From the NCBI RefSeq assembly GCF_009914755.1, contig NC_060938.1: 64,000 nucleotides of DNA. One strand, written 5' to 3'. Positions 28,436 to 54,008 of this stretch are shown in pieces. The DNA is from the human T2T-CHM13v2.0 reference genome, Homo sapiens. The first letter of the stretch is position 1; each line of letters begins with the position of its first letter. Below the pieces are notes generated by a model. The model was not told the DNA's origin. It saw nothing but the letters and a program-made list of their open reading frames with translations, and did no database searches. The translations under genes and the position numbers were made by a program.

Positions 28436-31120
28436 TTATTGTCTCTTGTTCTCCATCTAAAGTTGGCTCATGCAAATGTAGACTGGTTAGCCTTTAATAT
28501 ACAAGGGTACTTGTAAGACTGGTCCACCAGCCTTACCTATGTTTTTAGGATAAGTGGGTCAGGACTATGGCAACTGGGGTTGAACTTTTGCCTTGAGCTC
28601 ATTAACCAAGGCACTCTGAATGAGATAACACTAATCCCTCAAACAATTCTACCAGTTCTAATTTTCTGTAAATTTTTACAGCAAATTCAGTTAACTTTTT
28701 GTGATTCCCAGAACAGGTAACTGGGAGCCTGCAAATTGTTTTCAAAATGAAAATAATGGGAATATTCCTGATCCTGAAAACAGAAAACTTTACTATTTCC
28801 TACTCCTGTAACCCACCACCACTGATACTTTATTAAAATGTGAATAAAAGCAGAGTATCTCAGAAGCAAACCAACGATGCAGAAGATATATTTTGAGAAT
28901 TTTTGTTTTTCCATCTCAGGAACAGTTTGTTGTCATAAAGATATTTGTCATTTTAAGAGAAAGAACTTCTGAATAGTGGCAATTATACATTTGTTTGGCT
29001 CAAATAATAACAGCAGCTAGGTTATTCATCATAATTAAAAGGGATTTTAGTCTCATCAAATCAGCTCAGCTTCCTCCTGTGATTTCCCAGCCTTGTGGAG
29101 AGTGCTGTGAGGATGTGCTAATGGACATTTCATTTTAGATGGAAATGCTCTGTTCCTGCAGTAATGCTCTCATGATTCTCTATGCATTTAGGCTGCTGAA
29201 TCCTCAGAAAAGCCTAGGATTACGTAGCTTGTGCTCTTAAGCCACACGTCCATTGCTCTATGCACATACTGAAATCACAGACATTTCACTTCAAATTGCA
29301 AGGAGCAAGGTAAGCCTATTGTAATTGGGAAAAGCACTAAACTCTGATATTACAGAAATCACTAGTGGGTATTATGGAGAGGACCTGAAGAGTTCTGGTT
29401 GTTATCTCCAAGCACTTACTATTTATCTAATCTGAATAAGCTGAGGTTACCCAAGATCTAAATGAAAGAGGCTGGGGCTGGGGACATTATATGGTGTCAT
29501 ATTAGGGACCTGTGTTGATTCATGCAAAAAGGAAGGGAGAGATTGAGGGGGTGAGGTTCATACAGGTGAGAGAGTTAGAACAATACACTTTAACCAGGCA
29601 TTTCATAAAAATCACAGGTCTAACCTAACTGTAACCAAGTGTTGCTCCAATTGGGCTGAAAAAAAAAATTCTCTTTAATCAGAAAATCATTTGTGAGTAT
29701 TAAATGCTCATAGTACTGCCAGGAATTTGTATGTAAAGGAACTGTACATATAGTCTTTGTAACCTTCCACTTTCCAGGGGTCCAGTATATACAGTAAATT
29801 TATTCAAATAGGATCTGAGGGGGATATTAAATTTGTTATTTTTGCTTTAAAAGAGTAATTTGTAATCAGAGCTTGGGGTCTCAGCATAATGATGGTACAG
29901 AGGTTCATTCTGAATTTAAGAAAAGCAAGATTCAGTTTTTCATGGCACTAAATTCTTTTTCCCTAAAAGGAGTTAATGGAAGCCTCAACTCAAGTACACT
30001 GCAAGGATACATTTTTTATCTTGTATTTCTGAACCATCATTTTTTTAGCAGCCTCATTCACTTATGTGAAACATAACTAAGAATCTGAAAGGCAACAGAA
30101 AACACCTCTTAGCAGCAAAATACTGTTCACAAAGCCCAGGTACTAAAGGTCATGCTCTTTACCTACAAAAGAATCTTTTGGTGTTCAGCAGAGCCTCTTT
30201 ACTCTTATTTTGCCCGCAAATCAATGAGCTTGATTATCTGGTAATAAAACAGATTGGGAGCAGCAGTTAGAAGGGATGACCAAGTAGCTACTGCAGAGGC
30301 AAGCTGAAACAAAGGGAGTAGAAAGAAAAACGGTAAAATGTAGAAATAAGAATTCATATAATTTTTATGTGCCACAATGTATTCTACTTTTTAAACGAAT
30401 TGATTTAGGGAGTATAAGTGAAATTTCGTTACATGGATGTATTACATAGGGGTGTTTATTCTGTTTCTGATTTTTTAACTGTTGATAAATGTAAAAGCTA
30501 TTCTGAAGCTCATGAGCCATGCAAAATCAGGCAGTAGTTGGTCGTGACTTGTAGAGGGGCAGGCCATCTTTTTCTAACCCCTAGTCTAAAGCAAAAAATA
30601 TTAGCAACGAATTGTATATTTGTAGCATATACACATTTTTTAAATATTGATAAATGAATTGTGGTATATCCATAAGATGAAATACTGCTGAACAATAGAA
30701 AAAATAAGCTATTGATTTCATGAAACAACAGCAAAAAAGGATTCAAAGAACAGTCAGCTGAGGTCACTTCATGGATTGGAAAATAGTCAACACCTTAAAT
30801 ACCTTCAATGAACTCCAAAGGTGTATATATTACACCCTTGTATTACCATGTTCATAATGACAAGCCTCAGGTCAAGGAAGTGTTTGATATTCTTCTTTTA
30901 AGATGCAGAGAAGAGAGAAGCACATTTCAGAAAGGTTACCATCCAGAAAAGCGAAACCTAAAACCGATAATTGTAAAGGTCAAATTTTGATTAATTTGGA
31001 ATTCCTCATGTATCCAGATGAATTTATTTCGCATGAGTGTCCAATAGTCAATGTTTTACTTTATAAGATTTTACCTGGGGGAGAGAAAAATTAAAAGGAT
31101 TATTTATTCATGGCTACAAG

Positions 31121-31371
31121 GTATATACATATATATATACATATATATACATATATACATATATATACATATATACATATATATACATATATATACATAT
31201 ATACATATATATACATATATATACATATATACACATATATACATATATACACATATATACATATATACATATATACATATATATACATATATACACATAT
31301 ATATACATATATATACATACACACACATACATACATACACGTATATATATGTGTATATATATATACACATA
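31121..31371. repeat. Compound (TA)n/(TATACA)n microsatellite, ~250 bp
   Basis: Direct; source of the YI/HI-repeat ORFs on both strands. Confidence 0.97.
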
Positions 31372-31849
31372 AACAAATAGCAAGTGTTGTCAATGTATAT
31401 ATGTGCATATAGAAATATTATCATACTGTTTAAAGTGAGTACATGAGTATGTTTAAGTGAACATGCCAAAGCTTCCTGCAATCAGAAGGTTTCTAAAAAG
31501 TGTATGAAGGTTTAAGAATAAGATACTGATGTCTGATTAGACTTTCAGTTTTGCCATTGCTTGATGATTTATGCTGTTTGTCATAGCTTCCTCGTATTCA
31601 TTAGAAAATTGTGTTTTCCTCACATCCTGTGTCTACGCTTCTTTAAATGTTCGAGACACAAGGTTTAGAAAATCAAGTGGATAGTTTCTGAAGCTTATCT
31701 TAACAATGAATATCTTAGACTTAAGGATCTGGGACTACGATATAGAGCAATCATTATAATAATAATAGCTAATGTTTAACAACTTGGCCATTTACAAAGC
31801 ACTTTCAGCTTTGTGTTTCTTTTGGTTGGTACAGTCTTGATTTTTAAAA

Positions 31850-32400
31850 ATATTTATAACAGGTAACTCTTCCTTTTTAAATGCCATTTTTTATTGAATA
31901 CTGGCTTATGTATCCTGTGGCAGAATCTCACAATCTCTATTTGTCTGAGTCCACACAATGTCATTTAACATATTCCTCTATCCCCCATAAGTTTGTAAAC
32001 TAATATTTGCATCTGAAGACTTGATTAGATTCAGATTTAAGTTTTTAAAAGGTTACCTCATGGCAGGGCTATGAAATTTCCATTGAATCCCTTTAGAAGG
32101 CTCATAATATCTGGCTGTCTTTCCATTAATGCCTTTAAGGTGGATTAGTCAAATCAGGTTGTCAAGTTGATCCATCCTTTATAAAATTCCCCATCACAAT
32201 TTTACCTAATGCTTTGAGCAGTCACTGATCATTGCCTAGAATAGACCCCTTGTTTTACCGGGTGTTCCAAAGTGTGAATTTTCTAATTCCACTATTCTTT
32301 ATGCATTTATTAGCTAGAATTCCATAAGAAGAACTTACCCTTGTCAACTAGTTAGACATCCTAAAATACATTCAATACAGAAAAGACAGGATAAATGTCT
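31850..32400 (-). mobile_element. Ancient L1M 3' fragment
   Basis: ttgattagattcag, cataatatctggctgtct and caatacagaaaagacaggataaatg resemble L1MC/ME 3' sequence; approximate. Confidence 0.5.
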
Positions 32401-33848
32401 ATCCCATGCTTTTAACCACTGTGCTATCCTGGAAAGATAATGCTTTCTCACAAGCATGATCTGATAGGGTGGGGCTGGCATCAAAAGGGTCTAGCTAGTG
32501 AAGGTTCTCATCCTTAGGTCTCAGGAGACTATGCAGATTGAAGCAGGATTTCTGTTGGGAGATGGAAAGAGGAGATCAGGGCAAGCTACAGGGAGAGGAG
32601 TCTGGCAAAGTTTCTGCCCCAGCCCATGAGGCTGCCACAGACACAGAACTGGAGTGTGATGGGGAAATAGGACAGAGGCCCTGGAATATGGAACAGGCAC
32701 ACTGGGTGAGGTTAAAAGCGGGAGGAGTTAAGAACATCACTGGAAATGAAAGGGTCTAGGGTCTCCACCCAAGCAAGAGGAAGCTGAGCCAAAGTGTAGC
32801 TGGGCTCCTTAAAGGGGGCGGGGAATGAATACTAGACAATGTGGGACTGAGCCCTGGAGGGAGTGTTCTGAAAAGTGTTCGTGAAGGGCTGGGTTTGTAT
32901 GACTGAAGAATCGTGCTGTACCACTGGGTCCGGAGCTGCTATGCCTTAGCTGGTTTGGCACCAGCCACCTCCTCATGAACCCCAACTGGAAACTCCACTT
33001 CCATGACCGAACAAAAAGGACCAGATTTCCAAAGGGACACAGCTAGAGGAAATGGAGCCAATACTAACTTTATATGGCCAATGCATTCATCACTGGTTCA
33101 AACCGGTACCCAGTCAGTGAATCCGCCACCCTGATTTTGCCCATGTATGACCCTACTCCCAGCGCAATCACATAAATGCCCCCAAAACGTTGAGTTGGAG
33201 TATTTCTGGTTCTAGAGCTGTGTTATCTAGGCCAGAACAGCTAAGAGATGTAAATGCAGACTCTCCAGGGCCTCTGCCCATCCTCTCAGCACCTGACTCC
33301 TCTCACTTGGGGCTCCAGAGACCCATCCCTGCTATTATATTCAGGAATTGACTGTAAAAACCAAACCACTCTGACCGATTAAAATTTCTTGTCTTCCTGC
33401 TGCATTACTTACAAGAGAACCAAGAACTATTTTTAGATTTAAAAAACAGCAGTTTGCTTGTGCTTGCCATCCCATTTGTAACAGATTTCCAGAGATTAAC
33501 ACTTGCTAGGTTTTTGGCCACGTTTAATCACAAAAGTAATTCTCCATTCCATCAATACGCTCAGCTCGAGGGATAAAAATAGCACTGCAATCTGGTTGGG
33601 TGCCTCTCAGCCGTGGGGCTCTGCTTCCCCAGTTGCTGTTTTAATGTTGTTATGGAATTGCTGACCCGCTTTAAGGATATGTGTGTGCAAGGCAGCACAT
33701 GAGGGTGGCCCGTATCTGATGTGCTGTTAGGCTCAGTGAGGCCCTCCGCATGCTAGAAAAGCGGTCTCTCCACCGAGCAAATGAAGAGTGTAATTGTGTC
33801 TGATTATCTGGCCAGATTTTATAAGTGAGAAACTATATAGTACAATTG

Positions 33849-33974
33849 TAGCTACTTGAGAGGCTGAGGCAGGAGAATCGCTTGAACCCGTGAGGCAGAG
33901 GTTGTGGTGAGCCAAGATCACGCCACTGTACTCCAGCGTGGGTGACAGAGCAAGACTCGGTCTCAAAAAAAAAA
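33849..33974 (+). mobile_element. 5'-truncated Alu (partial right arm only)
   Basis: agctacttgagaggctgaggcaggagaatcgcttgaaccc...gtctcaaaaaaaaaa; no TSD found. Confidence 0.9.
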
Positions 33975-35301
33975 ATTACTTTAGATAAGAAGTATTAATA
34001 CTTCAGTAGGTGAAAATTACTCCATGACAGCCATCCTGGCTGTGGCTCCTCTTTTCCTGTAGGGTGTCCACTAACCAACCGCTAAAGAAGGGAAGAAACT
34101 CCAGTAGGAATTGCATGTCAGCTTCTGCCTTGATTTGCTTTTGTTTCTCTGTATAACTCCAGTTGTGTAGATCTGCCAATATGGAGCTCTTGTGGCTCAC
34201 AGGAAATAAATGTCACTAAATGCCACTACAATCAGTTTACATTGGTCATCCTGTAAAGTTTTCTTTCTGGTCTCTAGAAATTACTGATATTCTTGGATCT
34301 CCACATACCTGTGGTGGATTTTCAAGGCGTGAAGAAGGTACCCCCAGCTGCCTCCAGAGAGAAGGCATGGGGCTTCACCTCTCTGTTTGGAGAGCTTTCA
34401 ATCCTCTGTGCTGCTTCTGCAGTATGTTAAATGATGTCTCATTCATTGCTCATCATGTGTTATTCTGTGGGTGAACGTCTTGGTGGCAGAACTTCTGAAT
34501 CTATCAGACACAGTCTTCCTTTCTCTGATAACAGCCACCCCAAGAAGACATACAGGTCCCCTATGCTCACAACTAAGGTAAAAAATAACACACACAGAAG
34601 CATTCTGGCCACTCCAAATGTAAGTAAATTTGAAAACCCTGGAAGAGTTATTGACTTTCCTCCTGACAGAGTCCTCCATAGCGCTTCCTGCCTCCTTGTC
34701 CTTCCAGGCCCTTTTTTCTGCCATATTCTTCATCAAGCTTAATAACTTAGGAAACACCAATCCCTCTTCTTGGGACCCTTTTCTTCTTGGGAAATGGATT
34801 TTCTTAACTGATCAATTATATGATGTCTTACATTGATGGACATGATTTTTCATAACATCATGTATTTTAGAATTAGGGAGGAAAAAACAAAGAATATCTA
34901 GTCCAGCATTTATCCAAAGTATAATCTGAAACACACTGAGCAGAGAGATGTTATAGAAAAAGCGTCCCACAGTCAAGCAAGTCTGGAGAACATTAACCGA
35001 AATTCCCAAGTCACATTGGCTAAATTTCAAAGGCTTCTCTCAGACCCCCTTGCGGTAACAGGCTAGTCTAAATATGTTAAACCCATTGTTTTCAAATTTT
35101 TACTTAGGATAACTTTTCTAGATAATGTTTATTACGTTTCTATAGAACATAATTCAGAAATGTCAATCCTATCTATTTTCTCCATTTTACAAATGAGAAA
35201 ACGGGCTCGGAGATTCAAATAACTAAGATTAGTTTGTCAGTATTTGGAACCTGATAAAGTCTTACAAAGTTAGACTTATGACCCCATTAAGCTATAACCC
35301 A

Positions 35302-40901
<5,600 letters not shown>

Positions 40902-41645
40902 GGCACATTTAAGGAAGCCCTGCCCAAGAAAAATTTGTATTGTTTCCTTGAATCTCTTAAAGGAAATCAAAGAGGATTGAAGCAACAACCTTAAGTACCC
41001 TTTCCTCACTTTCCATCTGTCGGTTACCCAAGGCCTTACCGGAAAAACTGAAACCAAAACATTACCTTTATCTCAGCCCATGAAGCTTTCACTGTCTCCC
41101 CTCTTGTTCAGCTCTTCACTTATGTGTAGTCCCTACACATCTTTCCAGAGGCCCTTACAATGCTCCTTCTGTCTCTCTAATCTATTTCTGATACAACATC
41201 TATTTTTTGATCCAACATCAAAAGTGCCAGAAGAACTTGTCTGGCAGAGATAAACTCTCCTCAAGGGAGGGAATGGAGAGAGGAAAATTGAAATGGCAAT
41301 GGCAGGCATCTTTTAGAAAGATCAGAGAAGATGGGAAGTCAAGGACCACTCTCATCATAATAAATTGTATCTTATCACACATTTGTTTCTTAGTGAAGCA
41401 TCCACTATGAGAAGGGAATGAAACAATTCCCCTGATTCTTCATTCCTTGGTTTATTTTTTTGTGTTGCATCAATAATTATTTTTCTTTTGAAGATGTATT
41501 CATATTCGTTTGTATCCACCATTAAATTTATTTCATAATTTAAAGTATTCACCTATTTTATTTCTCTTCACTGACAATGTACAGTTGAAGCGTAGGTTCA
41601 AGGTATTTCTAATGTTTATTTTATGTTTTCCAAAACTCTGCCATC

Positions 41646-42073
41646 TGATAAAAGAAAAACTTCAGCAGAATTAAATTTAAAGGAGTTTAATTGAGCAATG
41701 AATGATTTGTGAATCGGGCAGCCCCCAGAATCACAGTAGATTCACAGACTCCTGCACAGCCATGTGGTGGAAGAGAGTTGTAGACAAAAAAGGGAAGTGA
41801 CATACAGAAATTTGGAAGTGAGGTACAGAACAGCTGGATTGGTCACAGCTCAGTGTATGCCTTATTTGAACACAGTTGGAACACTCAGCAGTGTATGACT
41901 GGTTGAAGTACAGCTTCTGGGATTGGCCAAGACTTAGCTATTGTTACAGATGCATACCACTAAGTTAGGTTCTCAATTTTGTCTGCTTATTTAACCAGGT
42001 TACAGTTCATCCACAAGGACTCAAATATAGAAGTACAGAGTCCTTCTCAGGCCATATTTAGTTTGCTTTAACA
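41646..42073 (-). mobile_element. MER57A-like ERV1 solo LTR
   Basis: tgataaaagaaaaacttcagcagaattaaatttaaaggagtttaattgagc...tttgctttaaca; 4-bp TSD catc at 41642-41645 and 42074-42077. Confidence 0.85.
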
Positions 42074-42724
42074 CATCTAATATGAAAGAAAAGTATTCTG
42101 TTGAAAGCAGTCCTCAATTTCCCCAGATAAACACTTCCTGAGACCAGGCACAGTGCTCTGTAGACATTTTGAATGAGTGATCTTTGTTAACTCCTTCTGT
42201 TCAGACCTCATTGTTTGCTTATTTGGCCATTCAGTATGTATTTGGGAAAATCATGCTTGTTGTGGAATTTCATGTTTCTTCAGATGAGGGATAACTTCTA
42301 ACCTTTGAACCTCTTGAAATTTGAAACCTGGAAAGCAGCATCTCAAATCATGAACTTGAAACAAACCCAAGATATTCTTATGGAGCACCTGGGTGGGAAG
42401 GGAAGGAAACAAGAGGGGCTGAAAAGTAACAATGAGGTATTTATAAAACAAAGAGAGATACAGAAAAGTCTGCTGTTTCTCACTGGAGGCCTTCCTTACT
42501 CTCCTTCTGAGACCTGACTTGCCTAAGTATAGTAAGAGGAAAATTTGAAATTGCTTCAAATTATTTATTTTATTTTAGGAATATAGGTTGTTGCCTAAAG
42601 GTATCTTAGAAATAATTTCTCCTTTATGGGTGAGTAAGGTGTTTATTCCAGGTAGGAGTGTAGAATAAAAAACGCTTAAGTGATTTCACACTTTTTTTTA
42701 AATTTAAGATTCTACTTGCAGACG

Positions 42725-42980
42725 TGGTAACTAAATGTAATGTGGTATCCTGGAAGGAATCTTAGACTAGAAAAAGGACATTAGATGAAAACTACAGACA
42801 TTTGAAGCAAGTGTGGACTTTAGTTATTAATAATGTATCAATATTGGCTCATTAGTTTATTTTATGCTAATAATGTAAGATATTAACAATGGGTGAAACT
42901 GGGTGTGAGGTATAGGGGAACTCCCTGTACTACCTTAACAACTTTTCTATAAACCTAATATTAAAGTTAAAAGTTGATTT
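42725..42980 (+). mobile_element. Old L1M (MC/MD-type) 3'-end fragment
   Basis: aactaaatgtaatgtggtatcctgga...aatgtatcaatattgg...gaaactgggtgtgaggtata...caacttttctataaaccta. Confidence 0.7.
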
Positions 42981-43979
42981 TAAACAATCCTCCTGTAGCA
43001 GATTGGGATTTGCAGGCAGCTCTTTGGAACTAGTAAGAGGTCAACACATGACTGTTAAGAGTCATGTCCCAAAAGCTCCCCATTCCTGATGTAAAGAGAA
43101 GTCCAGATCTGAACTCTATGAAGCAAACCCTTGCCTGTATAGGGTTATTAGAGGACAAGAAGTGACACGGTGCTCAGTGCTCTCCTGAAACAAGGCCTGA
43201 AAACATCAGGAAGAATTGTGTGTAGATTCCTCAGGTTCCAAATCATTTTGATAAGGAGCTGAGGCTGGCTCACCTGGTCCCTGCTTCTCTGCCTCCCAAC
43301 CTTCCTCCCTTCTTTGTTATGTATCTTTTAACCCTGTATGTTGTCAAGGCAGCTGTCCCTGCTCCTTTACAACAGATCCCACAGGGATAGAAATAATGAG
43401 GGGACCCCTCTGGTCTGTACCCTTTGAGGAATGGCCCTGGCTCTCAGATTCCATACCTGGTACTTCCATTTACCTCCCAGCCAACGGCTCATCAGGAGTG
43501 GCAGTCATTTTATGGTAATATACCATTCTGAGGTGGAAATGTCAAAGGTGTCACTGCTTCTGACAACTTACATAGGCAAAAGTTGACAGAATACTTATTC
43601 AGCTCAGGCCCTGAATGCACTGTGCACTGCAATCTTCTGTTACCAAAGCTCATTTACCCACACATTTCTATTTCAGGGCTACCTCAGGGAGACAAAAACT
43701 GTAAGGACAAAGACGACAACTTCTGGATGACAGCAGCCAATTTCAGTCTTCTCTGGAACATTATCTGTGCTGAGTACTAGCACTAGGCTATTTGCATGTG
43801 GTTTTAAAGGTCTTCTTTCAGAGCACTGGGCTTTTAAATTAGCTGGATTTTCCCAACCTCTGCATAGCTGGCATATGATAGGAGGGTTAGAGAACGCAGT
43901 TCTGAATCTTTTTGATTAATTCCTACCTTTTCCCACCACTCCTGCTGTATCCCTGTGATGTGACTACCTAGTGACTTTT

Positions 43980-50808
<6,829 letters not shown>

Positions 50809-52574
50809 ACTATGTAGTGACTTTTGATCTTTTAGCCTTGTTTTCTGCTCCTGGCCCTAAATGTGCCCCCTTGGATCTGAAGGTGGATCTGGTCTCATAC
50901 CTTCTCCTTTGGCAAGTTCCTCAAACCTGGTTTGCCTTTCTTCTTGGTTCTTTCTGTTCCAGCTCTTCTGGTTACCATTTTGCCTCAGCAAGCCCCTAGC
51001 CCTAGGTCTCCTCCTAGCAATGACCTTCACCAGCCAAGAGAAAGCTCCTTTCAAGGGCAAGAATAAGGGAGGACCCCCTAGAGTTTGGAGCCAGAAGTTA
51101 TCTTGCTTGCCTAAGCACCAAATAATTTTTCCTTGGGCTTTCAGTAGGGAGCCCTAGAACTGTCGGGCTGCTTCTTATGATGTCTGGGATGATGACTGGG
51201 GAAGGCTATGAAGATAAAGGATTTCAAGCAAAGGAGTTAGGTTACAAGGGTGGCATGTTGCCTGCTCAGGGCTGACTGGGAAGCTTGCACAGACAAAGCA
51301 TGTAAAAATGTCCAAGCGGATGATTTGGCCACACGAAAATTTCATCTCTTCCCGTATTTAATGTATTGCTAGGTATGAAATATCAAGCATAGTAAATAAA
51401 CCTGAAAATATTAAATGAAAGATTAAATCAGTTTTTAAAAACCTCAGCATTAAAAATGTATACTTTGCAAAGTATGTATTGTTTCTTGCAAAAGAAACAG
51501 TCCTCTGTATGATTCTTATCTCCAGTGATTTTTGTTGAAGACATTGCTGATTTGTTATTTTAATGGGCTTTCCAAAATTAGCTGTGATATTCATTATTTT
51601 TGCATGGTTGTTTTATTCTTCCATTTCTCATATAAACAAGGGATCCAGGGGACCTGTGGATGTTAATTATTCCATAACCCTAGCACCGTGACAGCAGGGC
51701 TTTCACCTCCTGTTTGGAAATGGTAGCAAAAATACAAGGCTGAGGCCTGAATGAGGATTCTCTTGGTCACAGTATAAATATGAAAACATAATATGTCTGT
51801 ATTTAAATTCTGCAACAACAGATTGTCTTCAGCCAATGTGCACACTGGGTTCTTAATAGCAGAGGTAGCACTGAAGTGAAAAACCACAGAAGCAGATGTC
51901 CAGAGGATCATCATTCCTTTTACTTTCTCCTTAATTCAATATTTTTTTCACTTATTAGTTGCAAGTATACCTTTATCTTGGGCCTGTGAATTTTATGCTA
52001 CGAAATAATGTGTGATTTCCAATGTATTGACCCCCCCACCCCCTTCTTTCACAGATGTATCCATCACTACCTTTATTCCTGCCATCATAATATGTACCCG
52101 CCCCTCTTGATCAGGCAGGCCCTGGTAGAAGAAATTTCTGATTAGCATGTGAATTAGGCTGGGCTTCAACATCTAAATAAGCACCTGAGTCCTGAGAGAG
52201 GGTCTTGACGAATTGGTGTGGATCGTCCTTGACTAGCAGGCCTGTGTACTGAATGAGGCACTTGGAATCAGCTGAAAGGGCATCAGAGAGTCACTTCTGA
52301 GTTCTCAGTAGTCACTCCAGTCACGTATCTTTCCTTCTTCTCACTTTCCTATCTGTTTGCCCCACCCCTGGCCCCTCTAATTTCCCATTGTCCTTATTCA
52401 ATTGCACTTCACTAAATATTTGTGAATGTTTATACTTCCTAAACAAGACATATTCATGTAGCTGAACTTGAGGATATTTTATTCATATCCATCAGCTGCA
52501 GAGAAGGGAGAAGAGAACCAAGGGGAAAGAAAGAAGTTTGCTCCTCAACTGTGAGACTGTGTTCCAAACAGCCA

Positions 52575-52780
52575 GAGAGGCCTAGACTCAAATCCTTGTT
52601 CTACCATTTGATATCTGAGTGCCTCTGGAAACCTACTGAACATCTTTTAGCCTTAGTTGCCTTATTTGCAAACCAGGCATAAAAATACCTACATTTCAGG
52701 GTTGTTGTCAAGGTTAGAGACAGTGTATAAGTTCCCAGCTCACGGTAGATGTTGAGAAGATAGTTGCTATTAATATTTTA
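52575..52780 (+). mobile_element. MIR fragment
   Basis: tcaaatccttgttctacca...gccttagttgccttatttgcaaa...tacctacatttcagggttgttg. Confidence 0.65.
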
Positions 52781-52896
52781 CATAGCGTTTTATATATATA
52801 ATTTTACATCTTGCTTTTCTTGCTTAGCACTATAATATGAGCATTTTGCCACATTCTGAAAAACTCTTTGTAAACCTCATTTTAAAATGCTAGAGA

Positions 52897-53020
52897 AGCC
52901 ACGTGCAGTGGCACACGGCTGTAGTTCCAGCTGCACGGGAGGATCACATAAGCCTAGGGGTTCAAGTCCAGCCTGGGCAACATAGTGAAACCCTGTCTCT
53001 AAAAAAATATATTAAAAATA
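52897..53020 (+). mobile_element. Free Alu monomer (FLAM-like) with a small internal deletion
   Basis: agccacgtgcagtggcacacggctgtagttccagct...gttcaagtccagcctgggcaacatagtgaaaccctgtctctaaaaaaa. Confidence 0.8.
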
Positions 53021-53086
53021 ACATACCAAAGAGTAGTTAATCAAACAGATGTACTGTAATTATGTAACTTATTATTAGATCCTTAA

Positions 53087-53254
53087 GTCCTTCCTTCCTT
53101 CTTCTTTTCCTTCCTTTCCTTCCTTCCTTCCTTTTCTTTCCCTCCCTCTATCTCTTCCTTCTTTCTTTGTCTTACCTCCATTCTTCCCTCTTTCTTCCTG
53201 CCTTCTTTCTTTCCCCCTCTCTTTCTCCTTCCTTCCTTCCTTCCTTCTTTCCCT
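53087..53254. repeat. (CCTT)n-type polypyrimidine tract
   Basis: Direct; source of the K/E/R-rich ORF at 53075-53287. Confidence 0.9.
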
Positions 53255-53449
53255 TATAAAGGTGCTACAATGAACTCCTCTAAGCACAAAGCTTTATCTA
53301 CATTTAGGTTCACCTTCCATGGGCTTTATTTCTGGAAGTCAAATTACTTTGTCAATGTGTATGGATGCTTTTAAGTATCCTAGTATATAGTGCCAGATTA
53401 CTTTCCAGAATGTCTACCAGCTGCATGTGGCCCATTTTACTATATCCTT

Positions 53450-53945
53450 GGCAGCCAGAGCAGACACCACAGGTTACCTACCCAAGAGTCACTATTTCCC
53501 CCTTTTCCCTGTTACTAGTGGCTTAATTTCTTCAGATGTCCATGCTTCCTCTGAGAATAAATCCTTATCAGCCTAAGCCAAATTTGCTAATCTCATTTCT
53601 CTCACTAGAGATTGGTTTAGAGATGGGCACGTGACCGAGCTGGGGCTAATGAGATGAACTGTGACGTTTACTAGGTAAATGTTTTTCATTCTTAAAAATA
53701 GACCAGAACAGTCTCCTTCTGTGTGTAGAACATTGTTATGTATGCACATACACCTTGAACTATGACAGCCTGAGAATAAAACCAGTGGAGGATAAGAGAC
53801 TGATAATGCTGTCGAACCCTAAACCAACTCAGGAGCTGTCCTTCCTTGGGACTTCTTTGTATGTGAAATAATATATTATACATACTGTTTTAGAAGTTTG
53901 CTTTGGGTGTTGATATTGCAGCTGAAGCATTCTAACTGGAACACT
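53450..53945. mobile_element. Old ERVL LTR (LTR16/MLT1-like)
   Basis: gattggtttagagatgggcacgtgacc, ggacttctttgtatgtgaaataat and ttgcagctgaagcattctaact motifs; subfamily uncertain. Confidence 0.5.
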
Positions 53946-53985
53946 AGCGTTGTAATTATTAAAGATCTTTCTCAAATTAATTCAA

Positions 53986-54008
53986 ACACACACACACACA
54001 CACACACC
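53986..54008. repeat. (CA)n microsatellite
   Basis: Direct. Confidence 0.9.

Noticed and set aside
31051-31481. Five overlapping 89-125 aa ORFs rich in Y/I/H/M
   Set aside because: Translation of a stop-free microsatellite.
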